Origin: Bdellovibrionales bacterium
GTDB lineage: Bacteria > Bdellovibrionota > Bdellovibrionia > Bdellovibrionales > JAUICD01
Assembly (NCBI GenBank): GCA_965197425.1
Contig: CBDANC010000015.1
Location: 384,001-448,000 of the forward strand
Direction: 5' to 3'
DNA: 64,000 nucleotides
Made by a program: the position numbers and the translations under genes. Every line of letters starts with the position of its first letter. Position 1 is the first letter of the stretch. Of this stretch, positions 48,272-58,282 are shown piece by piece. The notes under the pieces were generated by a model. It was given only the letters and a program-made list of their open reading frames with translations. It made no database searches and had not been told where the DNA came from.

Positions 48272-50284
48272 ATGAACCCTTTATTGGAAAAATCTAAAAA
48301 CTTTGATGGTGCACTTGATTTTGATAAAATCAAAAACTCCCACTTTATTCCAGCATTAAAGCAAGAAATTTTAGAATCAAAAAAGAATATTGATAAAATT
48401 ATTGATAATGCTCCTAGCTTTAAAAACACTATTGAGGCGTTGGAATGTGCATGTTCTAAAGCCTCTAACATTGTAAGTACATTTTTTAATCTTCTAAGTG
48501 CTAATACAAATGATGAGCTGATTAAGATAACAGAAGAGTTTTCTAAAATACATACTGAGTTTATAAGTGGTATTTTTTTAGACGAAAAATTGTTTGAAAA
48601 AGTAGATCATGTTTTTAAAAACAAAGAAAACTTGAGGGGAGAAGAACTAAAACTACTACAAAAAACTCATAAATCTTTTGTTAGAAATGGTGCAAACCTT
48701 TCTTTTGAAAAAAAAGAAGAGTTAAGAAAGATAGATATAAAACTGGCATCTTTGAGTCCTAAGTTTTCTGACAATGTATTAAAGGCTATGAGTGAGTTTA
48801 AGCTCCATGTAACAAACCCCAAGAACGTGGAGGGAATACCAGAGTCCACATTGGCTCATGCACAAAAGCAGGCTTCAGGATTAGATAAAAAGGGATGGCT
48901 TTTTGGATTGGATATGCCAACCTATACCTCTTTTATGAAATATTGTAGCAGTAGAGATTTAAGGTTTAAGATGTACAGGGCGTTTGCTTCTTTGTGTGTG
49001 GATGGTAAATACAGTACTACTGAGATAATCAAAAAAACTATTTCTTTGAGACATAAAAGGACTAAGCTTTTGGGTTTTAATAGTCATGCAGAGTATGTCT
49101 TAGAGGATAGAATGGCCAAAACACCTGGAAGAGTAAACAAGTTTTTAGAAAACTTGTTATCGCACAGCAAAAAACCAGCAGAAGATGATCTACAAAAACT
49201 TCAAAAATTGTTTTCTAAAGATTGTCCGGGTGAAAATATAAAGCTATGGGATATTAGCTTTTACCAGGAAAAATTAAAACTAATAGAGTTTGATTTTAGT
49301 GATGAAGAGACTCGCAATTATTTTAAACTCGAAAGTATTATTGATGGAATGTTCGGGCTTACCAAGAAATTATATAACTTAGATTTTAGAAAAGTAATTG
49401 TACCTAAGTATCATGAAGAAGTTTTGACTTACGAGGTTTTTTTAGATGGGGAATATATGGCTTTGCTCTATTTAGATCTATTCCCGAGATCTAACAAAAA
49501 GACTGGTGCTTGGATGACTACCTATAGGGAACAGGGATTAGAAGAAGGTGAGGTAAAAAGGCCTCATGTGTCGATAGTATGTAATTTTACTAGGCCAACA
49601 GACACAAAACCATCACTGATTACTTTTAGGGAGTGTGAAATAATATTTCATGAGTTTGGTCATACACTTCACGCCATATTGTCTGAGTGTAAGTATAAAA
49701 GTTTATCTGGAGCAAATGTACATTGGGATTTTGTAGAGTTACCTAGTCAATTTATGGAAAACTGGCTTATGGAAAAACCAGTTTTGGATGAATTTGCAGT
49801 ACACTACGAAAATGGTGAGAAACTTCCAACATCTCTTTTTGATAAAATGAAAAGAGCCAAAACATTTATGGCTGGGTTAAATAGTGTAAGGCAGATAAAT
49901 TTTTCTATTCTAGATATGGCTTGGCATTCTGGTTATATTGATGAAAAAAAGTTAGATATAGAAAGTTTTGAGAAAAAGCATTCTGTATCGCTGCTTCCTC
50001 ATGAAAAGGGAACTACTAGATCAAATTCTTTTGCACACATATTTGCAGGTGGATATTCTGCAGGATATTATTCTTATAAGTGGGCTGAGGTTTTGGATGC
50101 TGACGCTTTTGAGTATTTTAAGGAAAATGGACTTTTTGATCCCGAAGTTGCAGAGAGCTTTAAAAATAACATTCTCTCAAAAGGGGCTACAGATGAGCCA
50201 GAGGTACTTTACAGAAAATTTAGAGGTAGGGACGCCGATATAAAAGCTTTACTTAGAAGGGAAGGCATTGACAAAAACCACTAA
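48272..50284 (+). CDS. M3-family oligopeptidase (Dcp/PrlC-like)
   Basis: FHEFGH, WDFVELPSQ and GYSAGYYSYKWAEVLDAD. Confidence 0.93.
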   Translation: MNPLLEKSKNFDGALDFDKIKNSHFIPALKQEILESKKNIDKIIDNAPSFKNTIEALECACSKASNIVSTFFNLLSANTNDELIKITEEFSKIHTEFISGIFLDEKLFEKVDHVFKNKENLRGEELKLLQKTHKSFVRNGANLSFEKKEELRKIDIKLASLSPKFSDNVLKAMSEFKLHVTNPKNVEGIPESTLAHAQKQASGLDKKGWLFGLDMPTYTSFMKYCSSRDLRFKMYRAFASLCVDGKYSTTEIIKKTISLRHKRTKLLGFNSHAEYVLEDRMAKTPGRVNKFLENLLSHSKKPAEDDLQKLQKLFSKDCPGENIKLWDISFYQEKLKLIEFDFSDEETRNYFKLESIIDGMFGLTKKLYNLDFRKVIVPKYHEEVLTYEVFLDGEYMALLYLDLFPRSNKKTGAWMTTYREQGLEEGEVKRPHVSIVCNFTRPTDTKPSLITFRECEIIFHEFGHTLHAILSECKYKSLSGANVHWDFVELPSQFMENWLMEKPVLDEFAVHYENGEKLPTSLFDKMKRAKTFMAGLNSVRQINFSILDMAWHSGYIDEKKLDIESFEKKHSVSLLPHEKGTTRSNSFAHIFAGGYSAGYYSYKWAEVLDADAFEYFKENGLFDPEVAESFKNNILSKGATDEPEVLYRKFRGRDADIKALLRREGIDKNH

Positions 50285-50297
50285 ATGGTCTTAGAAT
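50268..50297 (+). promoter_or_regulatory. Putative sigma70 promoter for nusB
   Basis: TTGACA (50268-50273), 18-bp spacer, TAGAAT (50292-50297). Confidence 0.45.
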
Positions 50298-50383
50298 CTT
50301 GCACCAACACTGACCCCGCCTAGCAACAAACTGACTTTGTCAGTGTTTGATAGGCGAATTACGTTGGGCTTTAAGGTTTTTAC

Positions 50384-50899
50384 ATGCAACACTTAGTACA
50401 TCAAAATAAGAAAAGAACAAATCAGAGGAAGTCTAGAGAGCTTGCCCTCCAAATGCTATTTAAGTTGGATTGTCTTGGTAGTAAAAAAGCACTGAAGGAA
50501 GTATCAAATAAAGAGATATCACACGATGATGAAAATACCAGTGGAGTTTCCACTAAAAAAGATGATTTAAACTTCTTAGTTTATAAAAATTTGTTAAGAG
50601 AGCTTATACAAGTTGATGGATCTTGTTGGGAGGAAGCAGATCATCTGGTAAAAGGTGTGTTGGGTAAAAAGGATTTGCTAGATCAAATGGTAGACCAAAA
50701 CATGAATGATGCTGTTAGGCTTTCTTACGTGGATCGGAATATTTTAAGAATTGGTTTGTATGAAATGTCTATTGGTAAGAAGCCTAACATAGTAATAAAT
50801 GAGGCCATAGAGGTAGCCAAGACCTACTCAACTACGGAATCTAGTAAGTTGGTAAACAGGGTGTTGGATCAAGCCAAAACTTTTGCAGGGGATAAATGA
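50384..50899 (+). CDS. nusB: Transcription antitermination factor NusB
   Basis: RKSRELALQMLF, DRNILRIG, VINEAIEVAK and VNRVLD; contains one 18-bp palindromic unit at 50537-50554. Confidence 0.9.
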   Translation: MQHLVHQNKKRTNQRKSRELALQMLFKLDCLGSKKALKEVSNKEISHDDENTSGVSTKKDDLNFLVYKNLLRELIQVDGSCWEEADHLVKGVLGKKDLLDQMVDQNMNDAVRLSYVDRNILRIGLYEMSIGKKPNIVINEAIEVAKTYSTTESSKLVNRVLDQAKTFAGDK

Positions 50900-51405
50900 C
50901 CATCGCCAGTAGAGTCTCCACTTCCATGAATGAAGGGTGTATTTTAAATCGTAGAAATGCATTGAGGGCTGGAGCACACCTTTGGGTTATCTCTGATTTA
51001 AAAACTTCTGGCTGGGCTAGGAAGATCAACTGGTATCTTAATTTTCAAATTTATAAATTTGAAAAAGTAAAAGAGTTAAGTAAAGATCAAATAGCTTCTT
51101 TAAAGGATGCAGGGTTTGAATTTACAAATATTAGAAGTAAAAGTAGTAGTCTTTTAATATCTTCTGAGAAACTTTTAACTAATAAAAAAACCTTGATGGT
51201 AGAGTTTAGTGATATAAATTCTTGGGTTGAATTGGCAAAAAAATACTGGGAAGGTTTAAACAAACCAACTTTGAGATTTTTTACTCCAGATGCGGTAAAT
51301 GTGGATGAGTTACAGTCACACCTAAGTGATTTTAACAATCACGGGCAGAGTCTCTGCCACGGGCGGAGTCTCCGCGTTTCTGTGGTTGAGCCTTATAGAG
51401 TGTAG
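50896..51405 (+). CDS. Hypothetical protein
   Basis: Overlaps the nusB stop; 18-bp palindromic units at 50905-50922 and 51341-51376. Confidence 0.7.
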   Translation: MTIASRVSTSMNEGCILNRRNALRAGAHLWVISDLKTSGWARKINWYLNFQIYKFEKVKELSKDQIASLKDAGFEFTNIRSKSSSLLISSEKLLTNKKTLMVEFSDINSWVELAKKYWEGLNKPTLRFFTPDAVNVDELQSHLSDFNNHGQSLCHGRSLRVSVVEPYRV

Positions 51406-51411
51406 GTTTTT

Positions 51412-51822
51412 ATGCAATTAGAGAGTTTAAACTATCTAAAAGAAGTTTTGGGGGTTAAGCATATTCCAAAACCAAAATCTGTAGCGAGCGTTAGAATTAC
51501 TTTGTTAGCTTATTTTGATTGTGAAGATGTGGTGCAGGTTAGATATTTTGAAAAGTTGAAAAATCTTCTTGAGGAGTATGGTGTTTTGGGTTCTGTGTTT
51601 GTAAATAAAGATGATGTTAAAAAGAGTGGTTTGATTTTGTCTTTAGGAAGGCCAGCATCAAACGAAGTAAAGTTTGATGGATTACATGGTATATGGAAAA
51701 AGGTAGGAAATCAGATGATTATGTGGACACATCCGGTAAGTGAATTTGGGGATAAGAAGATAAAGTCTGTTGTGTGGAGGGATGTTAAGCGTGCTATTAG
51801 AATGTGTGGTGTTAGTGTTTAG
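51412..51822 (+). CDS. Hypothetical protein resembling the C-terminal part of uracil-DNA glycosylase family 4
   Basis: ILSLGRPA...WTHP...K..VWRDV. Confidence 0.5.
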   Translation: MQLESLNYLKEVLGVKHIPKPKSVASVRITLLAYFDCEDVVQVRYFEKLKNLLEEYGVLGSVFVNKDDVKKSGLILSLGRPASNEVKFDGLHGIWKKVGNQMIMWTHPVSEFGDKKIKSVVWRDVKRAIRMCGVSV

Positions 51823-51936
51823 CCTCATTAGGAAGACCTTGTGTAACGGGATCGGCATCGTGTCCAGAGCTGGGCAACCACTCGGCAAAATAAGTAGGCA
51901 TAGCCTACTTATTTTTGCCTCATTGGAAGACCTTTA
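51822..51936 (+). repeat. Family-B dispersed repeat (tail of one unit plus a full unit)
   Basis: GCCTCATTAGGAAGACCTT, then a full unit ending GGAAGACCTTTA. Confidence 0.88.
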
Positions 51937-51938
51937 GT

Positions 51939-53222
51939 ATGAAATTTTTCTTTTTAAGTTTGGTTGTGTGTTTTGGCTTGAGCAAGAATGCTTTTGCCAA
52001 AGACTGTACACTGCAGATGACTATAGGTGGTGATAGTATAGGTGTGGCCACTCTTGATTATTTGGAGCGCGGTCATAAAAGTGCTACACGAAAGTGTTCT
52101 TCAATTCTTTTACTGTTGAACACTCCAGGGGGAGATTTACATACTACTAGGTTAATTGTAGAAAAAATTTTAAACTCTAGAATTCCTTATCTTTGTTTAA
52201 TCTATCCATCGGGAGGTCATGCTGGTAGCGCTGGAGCTATTATAATGCAGGCATGTCATGTTGCTGGTGGGATGGAGTCTACCAATATAGGTGCTGCTAC
52301 TCCTATTTCAGGTGGCGGTGCAGATTTAAATGAAGATTTAAGAAAAAAAATAATAAATGACACTGTCAGTTGGGTTGAGAGCCTTGCAGAAAAAAGAAAG
52401 CGGAGTAAAAAATTTGGAAAAGAAATCATTACTGAGGCCAAGTCGGTAAGTAGTAAGGAAGCTGTAAGATTGGGTGGTATTGATTTTGAGGCAAAGTCAA
52501 AAGAGGATTTCTTAAAGTTTGCTGAAAAAAGACAAGTAGATCTTTTAAACAAAGAAGGTGTGGTGGAGGTTGGAAAGCTTAAGGAGTTTGAACCTGATTT
52601 TAGGTATAAAGTTTTGGATCTTTTTATGGATCCTCAGTTTGCCTATTTGATTTTCATGGGAAGTATTGGTCTTTTGTGGTTTGAGTTTACCCATCCTGGA
52701 ACGATGATACCTGGGATTGTAGGTGCAATAGGTCTTTTGATTTCTCTGGTAAGCTTCCATAAACTTGCGGTTTCTTGGGCTGGTTTAGTTTTGATGGTTT
52801 TAGGGCTTGGGTTTATGATTGCTGAGACTTTTGTGGCAAGCTTTGGGACCTTGGCTATTGGTGGAATAATTTCTTTTGTTTTGGGAGGGATATTCTTATT
52901 TGAAAACAATGTGTTTGGATATGAACTACCCTTCTATAGTACAATACTTCCTGTTGCTGTCACTGTTGGTTTGTTCATGTTGATTCTGGCGGTAGTGCTT
53001 GCTAGATCGAGAAAAGTCAAAAAATCATATGGAGAAGATCAGCTTGTTGGTAAGACCGCTACTGTGATGAAGGTTTATAATAAAGGTAAGTATAGGGTTT
53101 CTTGTGAGGGGGCAATATGGAGTGCTACTTGTGATGACAAAATTTTTCCAGGTGATGAAGTTAAGGTTGTTGGTGTAGATGGACTGCTGTTAAAGGTGGC
53201 TTATAACAAAGAAGATGATTAG
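51939..53222 (+). CDS. nfeD: NfeD-family membrane serine protease (long form)
   Basis: LNTPGG, AGSAG, IGAATPI, TM block, and OB-fold tail GAIWSA. Confidence 0.9.
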   Translation: MKFFFLSLVVCFGLSKNAFAKDCTLQMTIGGDSIGVATLDYLERGHKSATRKCSSILLLLNTPGGDLHTTRLIVEKILNSRIPYLCLIYPSGGHAGSAGAIIMQACHVAGGMESTNIGAATPISGGGADLNEDLRKKIINDTVSWVESLAEKRKRSKKFGKEIITEAKSVSSKEAVRLGGIDFEAKSKEDFLKFAEKRQVDLLNKEGVVEVGKLKEFEPDFRYKVLDLFMDPQFAYLIFMGSIGLLWFEFTHPGTMIPGIVGAIGLLISLVSFHKLAVSWAGLVLMVLGLGFMIAETFVASFGTLAIGGIISFVLGGIFLFENNVFGYELPFYSTILPVAVTVGLFMLILAVVLARSRKVKKSYGEDQLVGKTATVMKVYNKGKYRVSCEGAIWSATCDDKIFPGDEVKVVGVDGLLLKVAYNKEDD

Positions 53223-53244
53223 GAAAAAATATAAACATTGCATC

Positions 53245-53310
53245 AAGGTCTTCCGAACGAGGCAAAAATAAGGAGGCTATGCCTACTTATTTTGCCGAGT
53301 GGTTGCCCAG
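53245..53310 (-). repeat. Family-B dispersed repeat (partial, inverted)
   Basis: AAGGTCTTCCGAACGAGGCAAAAATAAGGAGGCTATGCCTACTTATTTTGCCGAGTGGTTGCCCAG. Confidence 0.88.
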
Positions 53311-53486
53311 TTTTCTGTGTAATTTATTGATATATTGTAAGATTAGACTGTAACAACATACATTACATTTTGTACTCCACCAATTAAATACCCGTGCCGT
53401 AGGTAACTAACCCATGGCCTTGCTTGTCTGTAACAGTCAGGGGAAATAGTAAGGGTATAAAGCTTAGGGACTTAGGTACTGGTGAA

Positions 53487-53513
53487 TAAAAAATAAACTG
53501 AAACTTCCGATAC
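53487..53513 (+). promoter_or_regulatory. Sigma28 (FliA)-like promoter
   Basis: TAAA-N15-TCCGATAC versus consensus TAAA-N15-GCCGATAA. Confidence 0.45.
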
Positions 53514-53546
53514 GGGAATATAATCTGAAAAACGGGATAGCTTTAT

Positions 53547-56500
53547 ATGAAACCTGGTGTATCGTTAGCAGTTTATTGTGTGGCTTTGGCTTTGAGTCTT
53601 GTTGCATATCAAAATTGTGCAGATGTGACTTTCAGTTCACTGCAGTTATCTTCGAAATCAGGCCTTGGGCTGGATATGAATCCTCGTTGTATCGGTGATG
53701 ATAGCAGTGTTTCATTTACTGTTGATGCAGATAATGATTATGTATTTAGGTGTAAGCAAGCTACTGATATCTATTTTACAGATTGCAGCAACTATATTTT
53801 GGATAATGGTATTGCCACCATTGAAACTCATGGTAACACAGTTACCTTTAGTGAGTTACAGAACGATTCTTACGCTCTAATCATACAAGTCGAAGATCAG
53901 GAAGGCCAAATAGATACCTTCAGTGCAAGTATATCAAGGTGTCCTCCTGCTCCTGTGTGTTCTGCACCTCAAATTGAGTGTAATGGAAATTGTATAAATC
54001 CAGCTTGTACAACTGGTTCGTGTGGTACAGGTAAGACTTGTCAAAATCCAGGATCTTGTAATGCTAAGTGCGTAACCAAGACATGTCCTCAGGGTCAGAC
54101 TTTGTGTAATGATGGAAGTTGTAAGACTCCAGCTTGTACAACTAGTTCTTGTGGTACAGGTAAGACTTGTCAGAACGCTGGTACCTGTTCTGCTAGATGT
54201 ATAACTAAGACATGTTCAAGTGGCCAAGTTCTGTGTAACGGTGTTTGCAAGGCTCCAACTTGTGCAGAAAACAGTGCTACTTGTACGACATGTCCTGATG
54301 GTCAGTGTGGTCAACCAAGCACAGGTCAGACTTGCGGTGACAGGAAGAATTCTTGTCAAACTTGTACTAATGATAATAGCTGCAGTGAGAGGCCGAGGTC
54401 TAAAACTATTACCTGTGGTAGTGGAAGTATGTCTTCGTATCCTTACACAACCAGACAAAACCCTGACGGGGGAAGCAAAACGGAATGTGGGACCACATGC
54501 TACAGTAAAGGTGCTTGTGCGAACTCATGTTCTAGCAACGGTGATTGTGGGTGTGGTGGAACATGTAATAGTGGATGTTGTTCCAGCACAGGGCCTAGTT
54601 GTTCTGGAAATACTCCACACTGTTCAAATGGCACATGTGTAGAGTGTACAAGTTCTAATCAATGTTCTGGAACTTGTAGTAGTTGTATAAATGGAAGTTG
54701 TTCTAGTGGTCAAACTTGTGGTGAGAGGAAGAACTCTTGTCAAGTTTGTACTAATAATAATAGCTGTAGTGAAAGGCCAAGAACTAAGAATATTACCTGT
54801 GGTAGTGGAGGTATGTCTTCATATTCTTACACAAGTGTACAAACTCCCGATGGAGGAAGTAAGACGGAGTGTGGAGCCACATGTTATAAAAGGGGAGCTT
54901 GTGCAAATCAGTGTACAAGCGATACAAGTTGTGGATTTAGCAACACTGCTGCTTGTGGTGCTAGATGTACCACTGGTAGCAATGGCTGCAGAAGTTGTAC
55001 TTCTGGTACTAGGTGTGATTCAACTTGCCAGAGTTGTAGTGGTGGAAGTTGTGTAACAGATAGTTGTGGTTCAGGCTATTTTGCTCTCTATCCCGATAGA
55101 AACGCTAGTTCTGGAAGTACCAGCAGAAGTTGTCGTGGTAGGACTTGTCATAAACCTCAGGCTTGTACAGATGAATGTTCAAGTAGTAGTAGCTGTACCA
55201 AGTGTGGGGCCTCATGTACCACCGGTTCTGATGGTTGTAAGGATTGTACTGGAGGTACTACATGTAATTCGACTTGCCAGAGTTGTAGTGGTGGAAGTTG
55301 TGTAACAGATAGTTGTGGTTCAGGCTATTTTGCTCTCTACCCTGATACGAATGCCAGTTCTGGAAGTACCAGCAAAAGTTGTGGTGGTAGGACTTGTCAT
55401 AAACCTCCAACTTGTACAAATCAGTGTACAAACGATGCAAATTGTGGGTTTAACAACACCGCTACTTGTGGTGCTAGATGTACCACTGGTAGCAATGGCT
55501 GCAGAAGTTGTACTTCTGGTACTAGATGTAATTCGACTTGCCAGAGTTGTAGTAATGGAAGTTGTGTAACAGATAGCTGTGGTTCAGGCTATTTTGCTCT
55601 CTATCCTGATAGAAACGCTAGTTCTGGAAGTACCAGCAGAAGTTGTCGTGGTAGGACTTGTCATAAACCTCAGGCTTGTACAGATGAATGTTCAAGTAGT
55701 AGTAGCTGTACCAAGTGTGGGGCCTCATGTACCACCGGTTCTGATGGTTGTAAGGATTGTACTGGAGGTACTACATGTAATTCGACTTGCCAGAGTTGTA
55801 GCGGCACGAGTTGTGTAACGGATAGCTGTGGTTCAGGCTACTTCAGTGGTTATTCTCATAATAGTAGTCAGGGCGTTGGTTCTACCTCAAGAAGATGTTC
55901 TGGTAAAACTTGTTGGTCTGATAAAACATGTGAAAACACTTGTACAAGTCCTTCTCAATGTCCAAAATGTGGAGCGAGTTGCACAACTGGAAGTAATGGA
56001 TGTAAATCTTGCACTGGTGGAACCACATGTTCAGGTTCTACACCATACTGTAGTGGTGGAAATTGTGTAGAGTGTACATCTTCTGGTCAATGTCCTGGGA
56101 CATGTAACACTTGCAGTAGTGGTACTTGTAGTGGTGGCACGACTTGTAGTGCTAACTCTTGTCAGGTGTGTAGTAGTACTTGTGGTTCTCCGAGGTCTAA
56201 GACTTGTAGTGACTTTGGACATCAATCCTCTAGCAACGGTTTATCATGTCCTGAGACTGTGAGACCTGGTTGCAATTTGACATGTTATAGAGAGGGTACA
56301 ACTTGTAGTGCTAATTCTTGTCAGGTGTGTAGTAGTACCTGTGGTTCTCCGAGGTCTAAGACTTGTAGTGACTTTGGACATCAATCCTCTAGCAACGGTT
56401 TATCATGTCCTGAGACTGTGAGACCTGGTTGTAATTTGACATGTTATAGAGAGGGTACAACTTGTAGTGCTAATTCTTGTCAGGTGTGTAGTAGTACTTG

Positions 56501-57149
56501 TGGTTCTCCGAGGTCTAAGACTTGTAGTGACTTTGGATATCAATCTTCTGGCAGTGGTTTATCATGTCCTGAGACAGTAAGGCCTGGTTGTAACTTGACA
56601 TGTTATAGAGCAGGAGCAGGTCAGACTTGCGGTAATCGAATTAGTAGCAGCAGATGCGAATCATGCACCAACCCTAGTAGCTGCACTGAAACTCCAAAGA
56701 GTCGCTGTAATGCATTTGACGGCGAGTTATGCTGCAATGGAACATGCAAAACGCCTCTTTGCCAGGATGATGACGAGTGTTCTCCTGGATATAACTGTAT
56801 AAATGATGGAATGTGTAACGCCTTTTGTGAAGCAAGTGGCTGTCCTCCGTACAGTGAGTGTACACAAAGGTCAGATTGCCTTAATAATAATAATCACTGT
56901 GGAGGTAATTGTTCGGGTTGTGCATGCACTGGCGGTCAACAATGTTCAGGTGGCCAACGATGTGTAAACGGAAGGTGTCAAACTATCACTCAAACTACCA
57001 CGACCACTATCACAACAACTACAAGCGGGAGCGGTAGTCCTTGTACTAATCCTTGTAATTGGGATAGAGATTGTACTGGTGCCGGAGAACCAAAATGTCG
57101 TAACGGTTGTTGTGGGGCGGCTGATGATGGGCCAGGGACTCAATTTTAA
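53547..57149 (+). CDS. Giant Cys/Ser/Gly/Thr-rich repeat lipoprotein (YQNC signal)
   Basis: LVAYQNC; Ig-like N-domain; four classes of internal repeats. Confidence 0.88.
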   Translation: MKPGVSLAVYCVALALSLVAYQNCADVTFSSLQLSSKSGLGLDMNPRCIGDDSSVSFTVDADNDYVFRCKQATDIYFTDCSNYILDNGIATIETHGNTVTFSELQNDSYALIIQVEDQEGQIDTFSASISRCPPAPVCSAPQIECNGNCINPACTTGSCGTGKTCQNPGSCNAKCVTKTCPQGQTLCNDGSCKTPACTTSSCGTGKTCQNAGTCSARCITKTCSSGQVLCNGVCKAPTCAENSATCTTCPDGQCGQPSTGQTCGDRKNSCQTCTNDNSCSERPRSKTITCGSGSMSSYPYTTRQNPDGGSKTECGTTCYSKGACANSCSSNGDCGCGGTCNSGCCSSTGPSCSGNTPHCSNGTCVECTSSNQCSGTCSSCINGSCSSGQTCGERKNSCQVCTNNNSCSERPRTKNITCGSGGMSSYSYTSVQTPDGGSKTECGATCYKRGACANQCTSDTSCGFSNTAACGARCTTGSNGCRSCTSGTRCDSTCQSCSGGSCVTDSCGSGYFALYPDRNASSGSTSRSCRGRTCHKPQACTDECSSSSSCTKCGASCTTGSDGCKDCTGGTTCNSTCQSCSGGSCVTDSCGSGYFALYPDTNASSGSTSKSCGGRTCHKPPTCTNQCTNDANCGFNNTATCGARCTTGSNGCRSCTSGTRCNSTCQSCSNGSCVTDSCGSGYFALYPDRNASSGSTSRSCRGRTCHKPQACTDECSSSSSCTKCGASCTTGSDGCKDCTGGTTCNSTCQSCSGTSCVTDSCGSGYFSGYSHNSSQGVGSTSRRCSGKTCWSDKTCENTCTSPSQCPKCGASCTTGSNGCKSCTGGTTCSGSTPYCSGGNCVECTSSGQCPGTCNTCSSGTCSGGTTCSANSCQVCSSTCGSPRSKTCSDFGHQSSSNGLSCPETVRPGCNLTCYREGTTCSANSCQVCSSTCGSPRSKTCSDFGHQSSSNGLSCPETVRPGCNLTCYREGTTCSANSCQVCSSTCGSPRSKTCSDFGYQSSGSGLSCPETVRPGCNLTCYRAGAGQTCGNRISSSRCESCTNPSSCTETPKSRCNAFDGELCCNGTCKTPLCQDDDECSPGYNCINDGMCNAFCEASGCPPYSECTQRSDCLNNNNHCGGNCSGCACTGGQQCSGGQRCVNGRCQTITQTTTTTITTTTSGSGSPCTNPCNWDRDCTGAGEPKCRNGCCGAADDGPGTQF

Positions 57150-57255
57150 TAATTAAATACCCAGTTTGCTATGATTTAAGTTTGTTCGGTAAACCCTTCT
57201 CTTCATGGAAAGTGAGGTGGTCAAGCTAAGTAAAGAAATTAGCAGAGCATCAATA

Positions 57256-57456
57256 GTTTGATTAAAAGTTACTTTTTTACAGTACGGCCCCTCTGGTTGC
57301 CACTGTATATTGGCTTATTTATATTGATTCTTGTTGTAGTGTTTGCTAGATCGGAGAGAGCGAAAAGGCTCATGTGTAAAAGACCGACCTGTTGACAGGG
57401 CAGCCAATACGGTGGGATTGTGGCTGAGGACAGCTTATAATAAGAAAGACAACTAG
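57256..57456 (+). pseudogene. Degenerate duplicate of the nfeD 3' end
   Basis: 57324-57353 matches nfeD 52980-53009 at 26/30; ends GCTTATAATAAGAAAGACAACTAG versus GCTTATAACAAAGAAGATGATTAG. Confidence 0.7.
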
Positions 57457-57471
57457 AGAGGGATAGAGAAA

Positions 57472-58245
57472 ATGACAACTTACATAATTATAGCAGTTTT
57501 TGTTTTATATTTAATAGCTTCTGGTATCCGTATTTTGGCTGAGTATGAAAGGGGTGTGGTTCTTAGGCTTGGTAGGATATTGGGGGTAAAAGAGCCCGGT
57601 GTTCGCTTTTTGATTCCCTTTGGTGTGGATCGTATGATTAAAGTTGGGATGAGGACCATAACCATGGATATTCCTACCCAAGATGTTATTACTAGCGATA
57701 ACGTGTCAATGAAGGTTAATGCGGTTGTGTATTTTAAGGTTATGAACGCACAAAAAGCTATATTGGCTATAGAAGATTATCTTTTTGCCACAAGTCAGCT
57801 AAGTCAAACTACACTGCGGTCAGTAGTCGGTCAATTTCCTTTAGATGAGCTTTTGACCAAGAGGGATAGCATCAACATCAAGCTTCAGGAAATACTAGAT
57901 AGCCAGACAAATCCTTGGGGTATCAAAGTTGAGATGGTTGAAGTAAAGCACATAGATTTACCTAAGGAAATGCAAAGAGCAATGGCTAAAGAAGCTGAGT
58001 CTGAAAGAGAAAGAAGAGCTAAGGTTATTAGTGCTGAGGGTGAGTTTCAAAGATCTGAAAAATTGGCTTTGGCCTCTAACAAGCTAGCCGAATCTCCTTC
58101 TGCCTTGCAACTTGCCTATCTTCAGACTTTAAACGAAATAGCTGGTGATAGAAGTAACACAATTGTCTTTCCACTGCCTTTAGACATGATAGATAAATTT
58201 ATGGAATCCAAAGGGCCTCAGACTGGTAAGAGCGGTAGTGCCTAG
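57472..58245 (+). CDS. SPFH/stomatin (slipin) family protein
   Basis: EYERGVVLRLG, QTTLRSVVG, WGIKVEMVE and AESERERRAK. Confidence 0.93.
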   Translation: MTTYIIIAVFVLYLIASGIRILAEYERGVVLRLGRILGVKEPGVRFLIPFGVDRMIKVGMRTITMDIPTQDVITSDNVSMKVNAVVYFKVMNAQKAILAIEDYLFATSQLSQTTLRSVVGQFPLDELLTKRDSINIKLQEILDSQTNPWGIKVEMVEVKHIDLPKEMQRAMAKEAESERERRAKVISAEGEFQRSEKLALASNKLAESPSALQLAYLQTLNEIAGDRSNTIVFPLPLDMIDKFMESKGPQTGKSGSA

Positions 58246-58282
58246 CCAATTGCAAGCTCCTCCCCTTATTATTTGTTCAACT

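Noticed and set aside
53695..57143. Small overlapping ORFs within the giant Cys-rich gene
   Set aside because: Shadow frames that repeat with the DNA repeats.
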